In this document: positions 1 through 10,372 of the stretch, in pieces | How positions within the stretch are numbered: the stretch's first letter is position 1 | How the letters are laid out: every line of letters starts with the position of its first letter | Assembly: GCA_947479055.1 (NCBI GenBank) | Contig: CANJYE010000007.1 | Location: forward strand, 19,704-83,703 | DNA: 64,000 nt | Direction: 5' to 3' | DNA from: Erythrobacteraceae bacterium | GTDB lineage: Bacteria; Pseudomonadota; Alphaproteobacteria; Sphingomonadales; Sphingomonadaceae | Notes under the pieces: model-generated | Database searches by the model: none | What the model was told of the DNA's origin: nothing | Seen by the model: only the letters and a program-made list of their open reading frames with translations | Program-made: the position numbers and the translations under genes

Positions 1-214
1 ATTACAATAATTCAGTACTATGATCGACGAATGCAAAGGTGACACTCTGCTATTTGCAAACGCGCAAACAGTGCCAAGGAGTGAACGATTGCAAAGAGCC
101 AAGCCCATGATGGCAGGCCGCCATCCTGTAGGAAAATGAATTCGCAAGGCAGCGGATCGGCCCTGAGGGCTGCAACCATTGTGATTTCGCGGTCAAGGCC
201 CTAGATGCCCGGCC

Positions 215-1024
215 ATGCGTATACCCTTCGTCAAGATGCACGGTCTGGGCAATGATTTCGTCGTGCTCGACGGACGGGGCGAAGCCTTGCCTGCGATGGC
301 AGCCGGTTTGGCTCGTGGGCTGACCGACCGGCACACAGGCATCGGATGCGATCAGCTGATCGTACTCGAACCTTCCGAAGCGGCCGATTTCCGCATGCGG
401 ATCTTCAATCCGGACGGCAGCGAAGTGGGGGCCTGTGGCAATGCCAGCCGCGCGGTCGCCCTGCTCCACGGCGGCCCGGCACGGATCGAAACCGGCGGCG
501 GTCTGATTGAGGTCCGCCCGGCCGATGGCGGCATCGCGGTTGACATGGGATGCCCGCGCTTCCGGTGGGAGGATATCCCGCTCGCCTGGGCGATGGACAG
601 TCTGACCATGCCGGTTGGCTGGGAAGAGCTGGAAAATCCGGGTGCAGCCAGTGTCGGCAATCCGCATGTCGTGTTCTTCGTGCCCGATTGCGATGCGGTC
701 GACCTTGCCCGGCTTGGCCCGCTGATCGAAACCGATCCGCTCTTCCCCGAGCGGGTCAACGTCAATGTCTGCACGATCGAAAGCCGCAACGCGATCCGCC
801 TGCGGGTGTGGGAACGCGGCGCTGGCCTGACGCGCGCCTGCGGCACCGGCGCCTGCGCCACAGCCGTGGTGGCGATGCGGCGCGGGCTGGTGGAACGCGA
901 AGTGCGGGTTACCTTGCCCGGAGGCCCGCTGACCATCGGCTGGGGCGAAGACGATCACATCACCATGACCGGGCCAGCAGCGGAAAGCTTTCGCGGCACT
1001 TTCGACCCGGCGGATTTTACGTGA
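215..1024 (+). CDS. dapF: diaminopimelate epimerase
   Basis: 269-aa ORF. N-terminus MRIPFVKMHGLGNDFVVLDGR and the later GNPHVVFFV and ACGTGACA motifs are typical DapF. The stop overlaps the next start (GTGA). Confidence 0.93.
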   Translation: MRIPFVKMHGLGNDFVVLDGRGEALPAMAAGLARGLTDRHTGIGCDQLIVLEPSEAADFRMRIFNPDGSEVGACGNASRAVALLHGGPARIETGGGLIEVRPADGGIAVDMGCPRFRWEDIPLAWAMDSLTMPVGWEELENPGAASVGNPHVVFFVPDCDAVDLARLGPLIETDPLFPERVNVNVCTIESRNAIRLRVWERGAGLTRACGTGACATAVVAMRRGLVEREVRVTLPGGPLTIGWGEDDHITMTGPAAESFRGTFDPADFT

Positions 1025-2205
1025 GCGCGCCCAAGGCCGCGGAAGTCATTTCGCTCGGTTGCCGGCTCAATCTATCGGAAAGCGAAACGATCCGTGCCAT
1101 GCTGGGCGAGGAACGCGACCTGGTGGTAATCAACAGCTGCGCCGTGACGTCCGAGGCCGTCCGCCAGACCCGCCAGGCGATCCGCCGCGCCCGCGCCCGC
1201 AACCCCAGCGCGCGGCTGCTCGTGACCGGTTGCGCCGCCGATATCGAGCGGGAGCAATTCGCCGCCATGCCCGAGGTCGATGGGCTGGTCGCCAATACCA
1301 GCAAACTCGATCCGCGCGCGTGGAACGTGGCCGATGCGCCCCAGCCAGTGCCGCAGCAGCATACCCGTGCTTTCGTCGCGGTGCAGAACGGCTGCGACCA
1401 CGCCTGCACTTTCTGCATCATCCCGCAGGGTCGCGGTGCCAGTCGCTCACTGGCGATTGCCGAAGTGCTGCGCGAGGTCGAACGCCATCTCGTGCAAGGC
1501 GCGCCGGAAGTGGTGCTGACCGGGGTCGATGTCACCTCATGGGGCCATGACCTTCCAGATGCGCCAAAACTTGGCCAATTGGTCGGGGCCATCCTCGAGG
1601 AATTTCCCCAACTGGCGCGGCTGCGGATGTCCTCGCTCGACGGGGTGGAGATCGACCCGCAGCTGTACGAACTGTTCGCTTCCCAACCCCGGTTGATGCC
1701 GCATCTCCACCTCTCGCTCCAGTCGGGCGACGACCTCATCCTCAAGCGGATGAAGCGCCGCCACTCTTGCGCCGATGCGGCCACTCTGGTTGAGGGGCTC
1801 AAGGCGCGCCGCCCGGAGATCGCCATCGGCGCCGATTTCATTGCCGGCTTTCCCACCGAAACTGACGAGCAGCACGCAAACAGCCTCGCCATCATCCGCG
1901 ATCTGGGCGTGGTCCATGGCCATGTCTTCCCCTACTCCGCCCGCCCCGGCACTCCGGCCGAGCGGATGCCGCAAGTGGACAAGGCGGTGATCCGGCAGCG
2001 CGCTGCCGAATTGCGCACGGAAGTGGCCGAAGTGCGCCAGCGCTGGCTGGCCGGGCTGGTTGGAACCACGCTCAGCGTCGTCGCGGAAGCCGATGGCACC
2101 GGCCATGCGGAGAATTTTGCCTCTGTCCGGCTGCCCGAAGGAACGGCGCGCGGCACAATCCTGTCGCTTGTGCCGACGGGAATCGATAAGGGGCTGCTGA
2201 CATGA
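1021..2205 (+). CDS. mtaB: radical-SAM tRNA methylthiotransferase (MiaB/MtaB family)
   Basis: In-frame GTG at 1021 within ORF 550..2205. VISLGCRLNLSESE N-domain and the radical SAM CxxxCxxC motif (GCDHACTFCIIP). The part of the ORF upstream of 1021 overlaps dapF and is Arg/Pro-rich junk. Confidence 0.85.
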   Translation: MSAPKAAEVISLGCRLNLSESETIRAMLGEERDLVVINSCAVTSEAVRQTRQAIRRARARNPSARLLVTGCAADIEREQFAAMPEVDGLVANTSKLDPRAWNVADAPQPVPQQHTRAFVAVQNGCDHACTFCIIPQGRGASRSLAIAEVLREVERHLVQGAPEVVLTGVDVTSWGHDLPDAPKLGQLVGAILEEFPQLARLRMSSLDGVEIDPQLYELFASQPRLMPHLHLSLQSGDDLILKRMKRRHSCADAATLVEGLKARRPEIAIGADFIAGFPTETDEQHANSLAIIRDLGVVHGHVFPYSARPGTPAERMPQVDKAVIRQRAAELRTEVAEVRQRWLAGLVGTTLSVVAEADGTGHAENFASVRLPEGTARGTILSLVPTGIDKGLLT

Positions 2206-3125
2206 GCACACCCAGCTGGACGGACCGCCTGTTTGGCGGCTTTCGCAAGACATCCGAACGCCTGACCGAAAACCTCACCGGCATCGTCGGCACCACGCGG
2301 CTGGACGATGCCACTCTGGACGAGGTCGAGGACGCGCTGATCCTGTCCGACCTCGGCCCTTCGGCTGCGGCCCGTATCCGTGCGCGCCTGGCCGAACAAC
2401 GCTTCGGCAAGGACATCGACGAGCGTGGCCTGAAGGAAGCGGTGGCGGAAGAAATCGCCGCGATTCTGCGCCCGGTGGCCAGGCCGATCGAAATCACCGC
2501 CTTTCCCCGTCCGCAGGTGATCCTCGTTATCGGCGTCAATGGCAGCGGCAAGACCACCACCATCGCCAAGCTCGCACATCTGTTCCAGGAAGAAGATTAT
2601 GGCGTGATGCTGGCCGCAGGCGACACATTCCGCGCCGCCGCGATCGGCCAGCTGGGCATCTGGGCCGACCGGCTGGGCGTGCCGATCGTCAAGGGGCCGG
2701 AAGGCGGCGATCCGGCCAGCATCGTGTTCGACGCGGTCAGGCAGGCAACGCAGACCGGTATCGACGCATTGATCGTCGATACCGCCGGTCGGCTCCAGAA
2801 CAAGACTGAGCTGATGGACGAACTGGCCAAAATCCGCCGCGTGCTGGGGCGCCTCAATCCCGAAGCACCGCATGACGTGGTGCTGGTGCTGGACGCCACC
2901 AACGGCCAGAATGCGCTGTCGCAGATCGAAATCTTCAAGGAAGTGGCGGGCGTGACCGGCCTCATCATGACCAAGCTGGATGGCACCGCGCGCGGCGGCG
3001 TGCTGGTGGCGGCGGCGGAGCAATATGGCCTGCCGATCCATGCGATCGGGGTGGGAGAGACGATGGACGATCTGCGCCCCTTCGATGCGGACCTGGTGGC
3101 CCGCGTGATTGCGGGAGTGGCGTGA
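2202..3125 (+). CDS. ftsY: signal recognition particle receptor FtsY
   Basis: 307 aa with GVNGSGKTTTIAKLA P-loop, DTAGRLQNK and TKLDGTARGG SRP-GTPase motifs. ATGA overlap with mtaB. Confidence 0.93.
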   Translation: MSTPSWTDRLFGGFRKTSERLTENLTGIVGTTRLDDATLDEVEDALILSDLGPSAAARIRARLAEQRFGKDIDERGLKEAVAEEIAAILRPVARPIEITAFPRPQVILVIGVNGSGKTTTIAKLAHLFQEEDYGVMLAAGDTFRAAAIGQLGIWADRLGVPIVKGPEGGDPASIVFDAVRQATQTGIDALIVDTAGRLQNKTELMDELAKIRRVLGRLNPEAPHDVVLVLDATNGQNALSQIEIFKEVAGVTGLIMTKLDGTARGGVLVAAAEQYGLPIHAIGVGETMDDLRPFDADLVARVIAGVA

Positions 3126-3766
3126 TGGCAGAGGCGCGCAAAAGCGGCTCCGGCTGGGTCAATCTTCTGGTCGATTACGGCCCGCTCGCGGTGTTTTTCC
3201 TCGTCTATCGCCAATACGCCCCGGAAGGCCATCAGGACGCCGTGGGCGAGGTTTTCGCGGTGGGGCGCGGGACCATGGCCTTCATCGCCTCGGCGCTGGT
3301 CGCGCTGGTCGTATCGAAATGGCGGCTGGGCAAGGTTTCGCCGATGCTGTGGCTGTCGACCGCATTGATCGTCGGCTTTGGCGCGCTGACGATCTATTTT
3401 CACGACGCCTTCTACATTCAGATCAAGCCGACCATCATCTATCTTCTGTTCGCCGGCGCCCTGCTGGGCGGATACTGGCGGGGCAAACCGCTGCTCAAGG
3501 TGCTGCTCGATGCCGCATTCGAAGGGCTGAACGATGAAGGGTGGATGAAGCTTTCGCGCAACTGGGGCTGGTTCTTCCTGTTCCTTGCCGCACTCAACGA
3601 GGCCCTGCGCCTGCAACTGAGCTTCGGGGACTGGCTGGCGGCAAAGCTCTGGGTGTTCATCCCGCTGTCCTTCCTGTTCACCTTCTCCCAGATTCCGATG
3701 CTGCTGAAGCATGGGCTGGGTGAGGAAGGCGAAACAGAGGTCGAAACGACGCCTCCACAGGTTTGA
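3122..3766 (+). CDS. yciB: intracellular septation protein A (YciB/IspZ family)
   Basis: 214-aa polytopic membrane protein. N-terminus NLLVDYGPLAVFFLVY and overall layout are typical of YciB. The start could be GTG 3122 or ATG 3125. Confidence 0.85.
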   Translation: MMAEARKSGSGWVNLLVDYGPLAVFFLVYRQYAPEGHQDAVGEVFAVGRGTMAFIASALVALVVSKWRLGKVSPMLWLSTALIVGFGALTIYFHDAFYIQIKPTIIYLLFAGALLGGYWRGKPLLKVLLDAAFEGLNDEGWMKLSRNWGWFFLFLAALNEALRLQLSFGDWLAAKLWVFIPLSFLFTFSQIPMLLKHGLGEEGETEVETTPPQV

Positions 3767-3869
3767 CGGTTAGCCTATTCCCCATTTCCGCCTTTGGCCC
3801 TAATATCCGCCAACTTCCTGCCTCCCTGGGGGCATGATCAGAGAATGGGAAGTCAAAGGAGGGAACAAA

Positions 3870-4445
3870 ATGGCCAAGTTTTTCGGTAATCTGCACCTTG
3901 TGCTGTTGGTCGGCCTCGCCGTCGCCATCGCCATCATGATGGCATTCGCCCCGTCGGCGGAAGTCAACCTCAATGCGATCCTGCGCTGGCTGCACCTGTT
4001 CTTCGGCGTGCTGTGGATCGGCCTGCTTTACTACCTCAACTTCGTCCAGGTCCCGACCATGCCGTCGATCCCGGCAGAACAGAAGGGTGCCATCACCGGC
4101 CATATCGCGCCGAAGGTGTTCTTCTTCTTCCGCTGGTCTGCATTGCTGACCGTGGTGACAGGTCTGTGGATCGCCCAGATCGGCGGATTTCTCCACCAGG
4201 CGCTCAGCCTTTCGGGCGAAGGCAACGTCAAGCTGATTGGCGTCGGCATGTGGATGGCACTGATCATGGCGTTCAACGTCTGGTTCATCATCTGGCCCGC
4301 CCAGAAGAAGATCCTCGGCATCGTCGAAGCGACGGCGGAGGAAAAGGCCGCTGCCGCGCCGCGCGCGCTGATCGCCAGCCGCACCAACCTGCTGCTGTCG
4401 CTCGGCATGTTCTACGCGATGGTCTCGGCCAACCTCGTGAACTGA
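3870..4445 (+). CDS. integral membrane protein of unknown function (resembles the membrane domain of PuuD-type urate hydroxylases)
   Basis: ATG at 3870 preceded by AAAGGAGGG. About 4 predicted TM helices, with motif LRWLHLFFGVLWIGLLYYLNFVQVP. The function call is weak. Confidence 0.6.
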   Translation: MAKFFGNLHLVLLVGLAVAIAIMMAFAPSAEVNLNAILRWLHLFFGVLWIGLLYYLNFVQVPTMPSIPAEQKGAITGHIAPKVFFFFRWSALLTVVTGLWIAQIGGFLHQALSLSGEGNVKLIGVGMWMALIMAFNVWFIIWPAQKKILGIVEATAEEKAAAAPRALIASRTNLLLSLGMFYAMVSANLVN

Positions 4446-4472
4446 TTTCGCCAATTGCCTCAAGGCAATCGA

Positions 4473-4507
4473 AGGGGCGCCCCGCAATCGCGGTGGCGCC
4501 CTTTTCC
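4473..4507 (+). terminator. rho-independent terminator candidate
   Basis: GC stem GGGCGCC / GGCGCCC followed by TTTTCC, 28 nt after the stop at 4445. Confidence 0.5.
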
Positions 4508-4612
4508 GTTGGCGGGGAATTATTGCTGGTCCATGGCCTTAATCAGCCTATGTACGCCGGCATCAGGTCGGCGCGCGACATCGCCCCGACTCTCACAAAA
4601 CAAGGCCAATTC

Positions 4613-4804
4613 ATGGAACGCCTCGCTCTCGGCTACAGCCTCATCGCGCTGATGGTGGCCGCAATACTCGGGGCAGTGATCTACATTCGCCGGAATTCGC
4701 GCGAGCAAACTGATCTGCGTCGGCGCCATAAGGACGAAATCCTGTATCAGCAGCGCCTTCAGCAGAAGGCTGACAAGGCCGAACTGGAACAGAGGCCGGA
4801 ATAG
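4613..4804 (+). CDS. small single-pass membrane protein, hypothetical
   Basis: 63 aa with an N-terminal TM helix (LALGYSLIALMVAAILGAVIYI) and a charged tail. Weak SD; supported only by ORF shape. Confidence 0.3.
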   Translation: MERLALGYSLIALMVAAILGAVIYIRRNSREQTDLRRRHKDEILYQQRLQQKADKAELEQRPE

Positions 4805-4841
4805 GCCGCGCGGCCGGGGACGGAGACCTCCCAGCCGCTTC

Positions 4842-6758
4842 TCAGATCTCGACCTGACTCCCAAGTTCCACCACCCGGTTGGTCGGCAGGCGGAAGAATT
4901 CCATCGCGCTGGCGGCATTGCGCAGCATCCAGGCGAACAGCTTTTCCCGCCAGATCGCCATGCCCGGCTTGGCCGAGGCAATCAGCGTCTGGCGCGAGAG
5001 GAAGAAGCTGGTCTTCATCATCTCGAACGACTGTCCGCCCATGGTGATCTGCTTCAATGCGGCCGGCACATCGGTTTCCTCCAGGAAGCCATAGCGAATC
5101 GTCAGGCGATAGAAGCCCTGTCCGAGATCCTTGATGGTAAAGCGATCCTCAGCCTCGACATAGGGCACATCCTGTATGTCAATCGTAAGAATCACCACCC
5201 GCTCATGCAGTACCTTGTTGTGCTTGATGTTGTGCAGCAACGCGGAAGGCACACCTGTGTTTGTGGCAGCCATGAACACCGCCGTGCCCTGCACCCGCGC
5301 CGCGCTGGAATGCGCGCTTTTGGCGAATACCTCGATCGGGATCGAGCCTTCGGTCATGTTCTGGCGCATCAGCGCCCGGCCGCGCGACCAGGTGGTCAGC
5401 AAGGTGAAAATCACCAGCCCCATCGCCAGCGGCACCCAGCCGCCATCGGGGATCTTGGTCATGTTGGCACCGAGATAGGCCGCATCCATTGTGAAGAACA
5501 GCGCCAGCAGCGGGATCGCGGTCCACTTCTTCCACTTCCACAGATGGATCAGCACCACCGCCAGCAGGAAATTGTCGATCGCCATCGCGCCGGTCACCGC
5601 GATGCCATAGGCTGCGGTCAGGTTGGACGAACGCTCGAACATCAGGACCAGCAGGATCACCGCAATCATCAGCGCCCAGTTAATCACCGGAATATAGATC
5701 TGACCGTGGGTAAGGCTGGTGTGCTTGATCGTCATGCGCGGAATGAAACCCAGCTGCATGGCCTGCTGCGTCACCGAAAAGGCACCGGTGATCACCGCCT
5801 GCGAGGCAATCACTGCCGCGCCGCTGGCGATCACCAGCAACGGCCACTGGAACCATTCCGGCGCCAACAGGTAGAACGGGCTTTCCAGCGCATGCGGATC
5901 GCGCAGCAGGAGCGAGGCCTGGCCAAGGTAATTGACCGCCAGTGCCGGCAGCACGAAGAACAGCCACGAAATCCGGATCGGGCGGCGGCCGAAGTGGCCC
6001 ATGTCGGCATAGAGCGCTTCCGCGCCGGTAACCGCCAGCACGGCTGAACCCATCGCCAGGAAACCGCGCCAGGGATCGGCGATGAACATCGCGGCAGCAT
6101 GAAGCGGACTCAGGGCTTGCAGGACCTGTGGCATGGCGGCAATGCTGATGGCCCCCAGCACCGAGATCACGCCGAAATACAGCAACATGACCGGGCCAAA
6201 CAGGCTGGCAACCCGGGCCGTGCCCCGGCTCTGGATCAGGAACAGCGAAACCAGGATCGCCACCACCAGCGGCACCACCACACGCCCCATGCCCGGCTCG
6301 TATACCGCCAGGCCTTCGATCGCGCCGAGCACGGACACCGCCGGGGTGATCATGCTGTCGCCATAGAACAGCGAAGTGGCAAACACACCCAGCAGGACGA
6401 TCCCCGCCGACCAGCTCTTGCCGGAGACATTCTGGTTGATCAGCGCCAGCAGCGCCAGGCTGCCGCCCTCGCCCTTGTTGTCCGCCCGCATGATGATGGT
6501 TACATATTTCAGGGTCACGATCACCATCATCGACCAGAACATCAGGCTGATGATGCCGAAGACATGCAACTGGTCCAGCGGCAGCCGGTGGTGCCCGGCA
6601 AAGGTATCGCGCAAGGCGTAAAGCGGGCTCGTGCCGATATCGCCGAACACCACCCCCATCGCGCCGACCGCCAGCTTGACGATGCTTCCCTCATGCTGAT
6701 GCCCTGGGGTTGCGGGGGGAGCAGGCAAGGATTCGCCAGAATTTTCGGCGTCAGTCAT
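4842..6758 (-). CDS. kup: KUP/HAK/KT potassium uptake transporter
   Basis: 638 aa. The [14 protein letters not shown] signature is near the N-terminus, with a polytopic membrane domain plus a cytosolic C-domain. Confidence 0.93.
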   Translation of the reverse strand: MTDAENSGESLPAPPATPGHQHEGSIVKLAVGAMGVVFGDIGTSPLYALRDTFAGHHRLPLDQLHVFGIISLMFWSMMVIVTLKYVTIIMRADNKGEGGSLALLALINQNVSGKSWSAGIVLLGVFATSLFYGDSMITPAVSVLGAIEGLAVYEPGMGRVVVPLVVAILVSLFLIQSRGTARVASLFGPVMLLYFGVISVLGAISIAAMPQVLQALSPLHAAAMFIADPWRGFLAMGSAVLAVTGAEALYADMGHFGRRPIRISWLFFVLPALAVNYLGQASLLLRDPHALESPFYLLAPEWFQWPLLVIASGAAVIASQAVITGAFSVTQQAMQLGFIPRMTIKHTSLTHGQIYIPVINWALMIAVILLVLMFERSSNLTAAYGIAVTGAMAIDNFLLAVVLIHLWKWKKWTAIPLLALFFTMDAAYLGANMTKIPDGGWVPLAMGLVIFTLLTTWSRGRALMRQNMTEGSIPIEVFAKSAHSSAARVQGTAVFMAATNTGVPSALLHNIKHNKVLHERVVILTIDIQDVPYVEAEDRFTIKDLGQGFYRLTIRYGFLEETDVPAALKQITMGGQSFEMMKTSFFLSRQTLIASAKPGMAIWREKLFAWMLRNAASAMEFFRLPTNRVVELGSQVEI

Positions 6759-6856
6759 CGGGATTTGATGCCCCTGCTGCTGGATCGCACGGCCGGACCT
6801 CCGGCCAAACAGGCCCGGCGCTTAGCAGCATGGCAATTGCACCGCAACACGCGTTC

Positions 6857-7495
6857 CTAGCGCCCGGCAGCGATCTGGCGCATCAGCGTATCGAGCTGCG
6901 CCAGACGCTGTTCCAGCTCGGCCCTTCCGGGCGCATCGGGAGGACTCTGGCTCAGCGCCGCCGCCCACAGCTTGTACCCTTCGACCAGCCGACCGGCCTG
7001 AAGCTCGGCCACGCCCATGAAGAAACCGGGTGCGAGGCTGTCTGGATCTGCCTGCGATGCCTTGCGATAAGCCAAAAGCGCCGGCGGTGCGAGGTTGCCT
7101 TGCCCCTTCGCCACCAGAACGTTCCCCAACGCAACCCATGCCTCGCCATCCTTGGGATGTTTATCGACCACTTCGCGAAGGATGGTCACCGCATCGGCAT
7201 ATTGCCCTTGCCGGGTGTAGGCATCGGCAAAAATCATATAGGATGGTGGGGGTAATCTCTTTGCAAAGAATAGCTTGCGCGACTCAACCAGAGGCGTGCC
7301 ATCCTCGCCCTTGCCGCCCTCCGCCGCCCCGGCCGGTGCGCCGGGCTTACCCGGATCGCTTTGCAGGGCAAACCCGGCAAGCCCGAGGATCAGCGCCGAT
7401 CCGATGGCAAAGGCTGCCGCCTTCGGCAACCGGAACAGCCAAACCATCGCACCCATAGCGGCGGCGGCAAGGCCAATGGCGTAGAGCAGGCTCAT
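6857..7495 (-). CDS. ccmI: cytochrome c-type biogenesis protein CcmI/CycH (TPR)
   Basis: Internal ATG at 7495 overlaps the ccmH stop (ATGA). Two N-terminal TM segments followed by TPR-like repeats. Last gene of the ccm operon. Confidence 0.75.
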   Translation of the reverse strand: MSLLYAIGLAAAAMGAMVWLFRLPKAAAFAIGSALILGLAGFALQSDPGKPGAPAGAAEGGKGEDGTPLVESRKLFFAKRLPPPSYMIFADAYTRQGQYADAVTILREVVDKHPKDGEAWVALGNVLVAKGQGNLAPPALLAYRKASQADPDSLAPGFFMGVAELQAGRLVEGYKLWAAALSQSPPDAPGRAELEQRLAQLDTLMRQIAAGR

Positions 7496-7896
7496 CGGCG
7501 TCCTCCCAGACGGCGGAGTAACACCATCACCACGATGCACAACAGCAGCACCGGGACGGCAAACAGCGGCCATGTGGTGGCACTGATCTTGGGGGCATAG
7601 CTGACGTAGTCGCCATAGCGCTCGATCAGCCAGGCGCGGATATGTTCGGGCGCTTCGCCCGAAGCAATCCGCAGCCGCACCTGGTGGCGCATGTCGCCAG
7701 CCATCGGTGCATCGGAATCGGCAATCGACTGCCCCTGGCACTTCAGGCAGCGCAAGCTCTCCATCAACGCCTGCGCCTTCGCCTCCTGCGCCGGATCATC
7801 AAGCTGGCGATAGGCATAGGGCGCAGGCGGCAGGGCATCCTGCGCGGCGAGCGGCATGGCGAAGAACAATGCGAACATCAGGAACAGGGCTTTCAT
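7492..7896 (-). CDS. ccmH: cytochrome c-type biogenesis protein CcmH/CycL
   Basis: 134 aa with a signal peptide and the LRCxxC motif (LRCLKCQGQSIADS). Confidence 0.88.
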   Translation of the reverse strand: MKALFLMFALFFAMPLAAQDALPPAPYAYRQLDDPAQEAKAQALMESLRCLKCQGQSIADSDAPMAGDMRHQVRLRIASGEAPEHIRAWLIERYGDYVSYAPKISATTWPLFAVPVLLLCIVVMVLLRRLGGRR

Positions 7897-8429
7897 CGCG
7901 CCGCCTCCTTCAGCCTGGCGATCAGCATCGGCACGTCATCTTCCCGGATATCGCCGATATGCTGGTAACGGATCACCCCGGCGCCATCGATTACGAAGGT
8001 TTCCGGAACGCCCGACGATCCGATCCCAAGTTGAACCTCGGACAGATCGTCCGCGCCAAGCCGGGCATAGGGATTGCCGTAGCGCGCGAGGAAGCCGGTG
8101 ACATCTTCCGGCGTATCGCGGATCGCAACGCCGACGATCTCCACCCCTTGTTGACGCAATGCCTCCAGTTGGGGGGCTTCTGCCGCGCAGGGAATGCACC
8201 AGCTCGCCCAGATGTTGAGCAGGCGGGGCTTGCCGTCCTTGAGGTCGACCGTGGCAAGGCCGGGACGTTCCGGCACGGCCGCGCGCAGATCAAAGGCAGG
8301 CAGTGGCTTGCCGATCATCGCACTGGCCACTTCGCGCTCCGCCGGGTGCATCAGCTGGACGAACACCAGCAGGCAGAAGCCGGCGAAAATCGCCAGCGGC
8401 AGCCAGAATTTCCAGCTGCCCGCGCTCAT
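7893..8429 (-). CDS. ccmG: thiol:disulfide interchange protein DsbE/CcmG
   Basis: Start at the MSAGSWKFW ATG (8429), overlapping the ccmF stop. Thioredoxin motif WASWCIPC. Confidence 0.88.
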   Translation of the reverse strand: MSAGSWKFWLPLAIFAGFCLLVFVQLMHPAEREVASAMIGKPLPAFDLRAAVPERPGLATVDLKDGKPRLLNIWASWCIPCAAEAPQLEALRQQGVEIVGVAIRDTPEDVTGFLARYGNPYARLGADDLSEVQLGIGSSGVPETFVIDGAGVIRYQHIGDIREDDVPMLIARLKEAAR

Positions 8430-10372
8430 CGGCCGAGATCCACCTTGCGCTGGGCAATCCGGGCGAGGATCGCGCGGCGGCGCAGATCGCCATAGACCCG
8501 CCCGATCAGCGCCAGAAGGCCGCCGAGAGCGATGAGCAGGCCGCCGAACCAGATGCAGGTCACGAAGGGCTTCCACCACAGGCGCAATTGCCAGCGTCCA
8601 TCCTCGGCCTCGCCGCCCAGCACGGCGTAGAGCTGACCATTCCAGCGGGTCAGCAGGGCGGACTCATTGGTCTGCTGCACCGGCGCCCAGAAATAGCGCG
8701 ACTGCGGCGTGGCCACGATTGGTGCTCCACCGCGATAGCTTGCTTCGAGTCGGGCCTCCAGCGCGGTCCAGTTCGGGCCCGCCGTCGGCTCGACCGAGGC
8801 CAGCCTGACCTGCCAGGGGCCGACATCCGTTACCTGCCCGATCCGCGCCGCAACAAGCCGTTCCACCGAATAAGCGCTGTCGGCCGAGGCTCCGAACAGG
8901 GCGAGCGCGAGGCCGAAATGGGCGATGACCATGCCCCACAGTGGCAACGGCGTTCGCCGCAGCTTGCGTCCGCGCAGCGGCAGCAGGCTGGCGATGCCGA
9001 CCGCCGCGGCAAGGGCAATGCCCAGCATCGGCAGCAGGCCAGGCGGACCCCACGCGATCAGTCCTGCCAACACCAACAGCGCGATCCCGGCACAGGCCAT
9101 CAGCGGCGGCCTGATCCGGGCCGCGCTGTCCCGCCGCCAGCGCAGCAATGGCCCGACGGCCATCACCAGCAGCATCGGCAGGAAGAAGATCGCGCTGACC
9201 GGGTTGAAATAGGGCGGCCCGACCGAAACCTTGACCCCGAATGCCTCTGCCAGCAGCGGATAGAGCGTGCCGAGCAGGACGATCCCGAGGATAGCCGACA
9301 GCGCGACATTGTTGACCACCAGCGCGCCTTCGCGGCTGGTCACCGAAAAGCGCTCCCCTTCGGCAATGGTTCCGGCGCGCATGGCGAACAATGTCAGCGC
9401 CCCGCCGATGTAGATCGCCAGCAGGACGAGGATGAACGTCCCGCGTTCGGGATCGACCGCAAAGGCATGGACGCTGGTGAGGATACCCGAGCGCACCAGG
9501 AACGTGCCGATCATCGACATCGAGAAGGCCACCACGCCCAGCATCACCGTCCATGCCCGCAGGGCGTCGCGCGCGGCCAGCACGCTGGCGGAATGGAGCA
9601 GCGCAGTGGCCGCCAGCCAGGGCATCAGCGAGGCATTCTCGACCGGATCCCAGAACCACCAGCCACCCCAGCCCAGCTCGTAATAGGCCCAGTAGCTGCC
9701 CGCCGTGATCCCCACGGTCAGGAATATCCACGCGCCCAGCACCCAGGGCCGCATCGCTGTGGCAAATGCCGGGGTCACCTGCCGGGTCAGCATCGCGCCG
9801 ACGGCAAAGCTGAAGGCCACCGACATGCCGACATAGCCGAGGTAAAGCGTCGGCGGATGGAATGCGAGGCCGATATCCTGCAGCAGCGGATTGAGCCCCA
9901 TTCCCTCGCGCGCCGGCACGGGCAGCCGCTCGAACGGGTTGGAGCTGAACAGCAGGAAGGCATAGAAGCCCAGCCCGACAAAGGCCTGTGCAGCGAGCGT
10001 TGCCAGCATGGTTCGTTCCGGCAAGCGTCGCTCCAGCAGGGCGACCAGCCCGCCCGCCAGCGCCATCACCGTCACCCACAGCAACATCGAGCCTTCGTGG
10101 TTGCCCCAGGCACCCGCCAGCTTGAAAATCACTGGCTTGGCCGAATGCGAATTCATCACAACCAGTTTCACCGAAAGATCGGTATTGAGGAACAGCAGCA
10201 GCAGCGCGCCGAAAGCCAGCGCGGACAACACGCCCTGCATAACCGCTGCAGGGCGGACGATCACGCTCATCCGTTCGCCCTTTGGTTGCAGGCAGAGGCT
10301 GCCAGCCACCAGCTGGAGCAGTGCCAGCGCGGCGGCAAGCCACAGGGCAGCAAGACCGAATTCGGCGATCAT
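8426..10372 (-). CDS. ccmF: cytochrome c heme lyase subunit CcmF
   Basis: 648-aa polytopic protein with the WGGWWFWDPVEN tryptophan-rich motif. Confidence 0.93.
   Translation of the reverse strand: MIAEFGLAALWLAAALALLQLVAGSLCLQPKGERMSVIVRPAAVMQGVLSALAFGALLLLFLNTDLSVKLVVMNSHSAKPVIFKLAGAWGNHEGSMLLWVTVMALAGGLVALLERRLPERTMLATLAAQAFVGLGFYAFLLFSSNPFERLPVPAREGMGLNPLLQDIGLAFHPPTLYLGYVGMSVAFSFAVGAMLTRQVTPAFATAMRPWVLGAWIFLTVGITAGSYWAYYELGWGGWWFWDPVENASLMPWLAATALLHSASVLAARDALRAWTVMLGVVAFSMSMIGTFLVRSGILTSVHAFAVDPERGTFILVLLAIYIGGALTLFAMRAGTIAEGERFSVTSREGALVVNNVALSAILGIVLLGTLYPLLAEAFGVKVSVGPPYFNPVSAIFFLPMLLVMAVGPLLRWRRDSAARIRPPLMACAGIALLVLAGLIAWGPPGLLPMLGIALAAAVGIASLLPLRGRKLRRTPLPLWGMVIAHFGLALALFGASADSAYSVERLVAARIGQVTDVGPWQVRLASVEPTAGPNWTALEARLEASYRGGAPIVATPQSRYFWAPVQQTNESALLTRWNGQLYAVLGGEAEDGRWQLRLWWKPFVTCIWFGGLLIALGGLLALIGRVYGDLRRRAILARIAQRKVDLGR

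Noticed and set aside
50-958. 302-aa minus-strand ORF
   Set aside because: It is antisense to dapF and has low-complexity composition.
550-1020. N-terminal 157-codon extension of the mtaB ORF
   Set aside because: It overlaps dapF in another frame and is Arg/Pro-rich. A GTG at 1021 gives a canonical methylthiotransferase N-terminus and a 4-nt overlap with the dapF stop.
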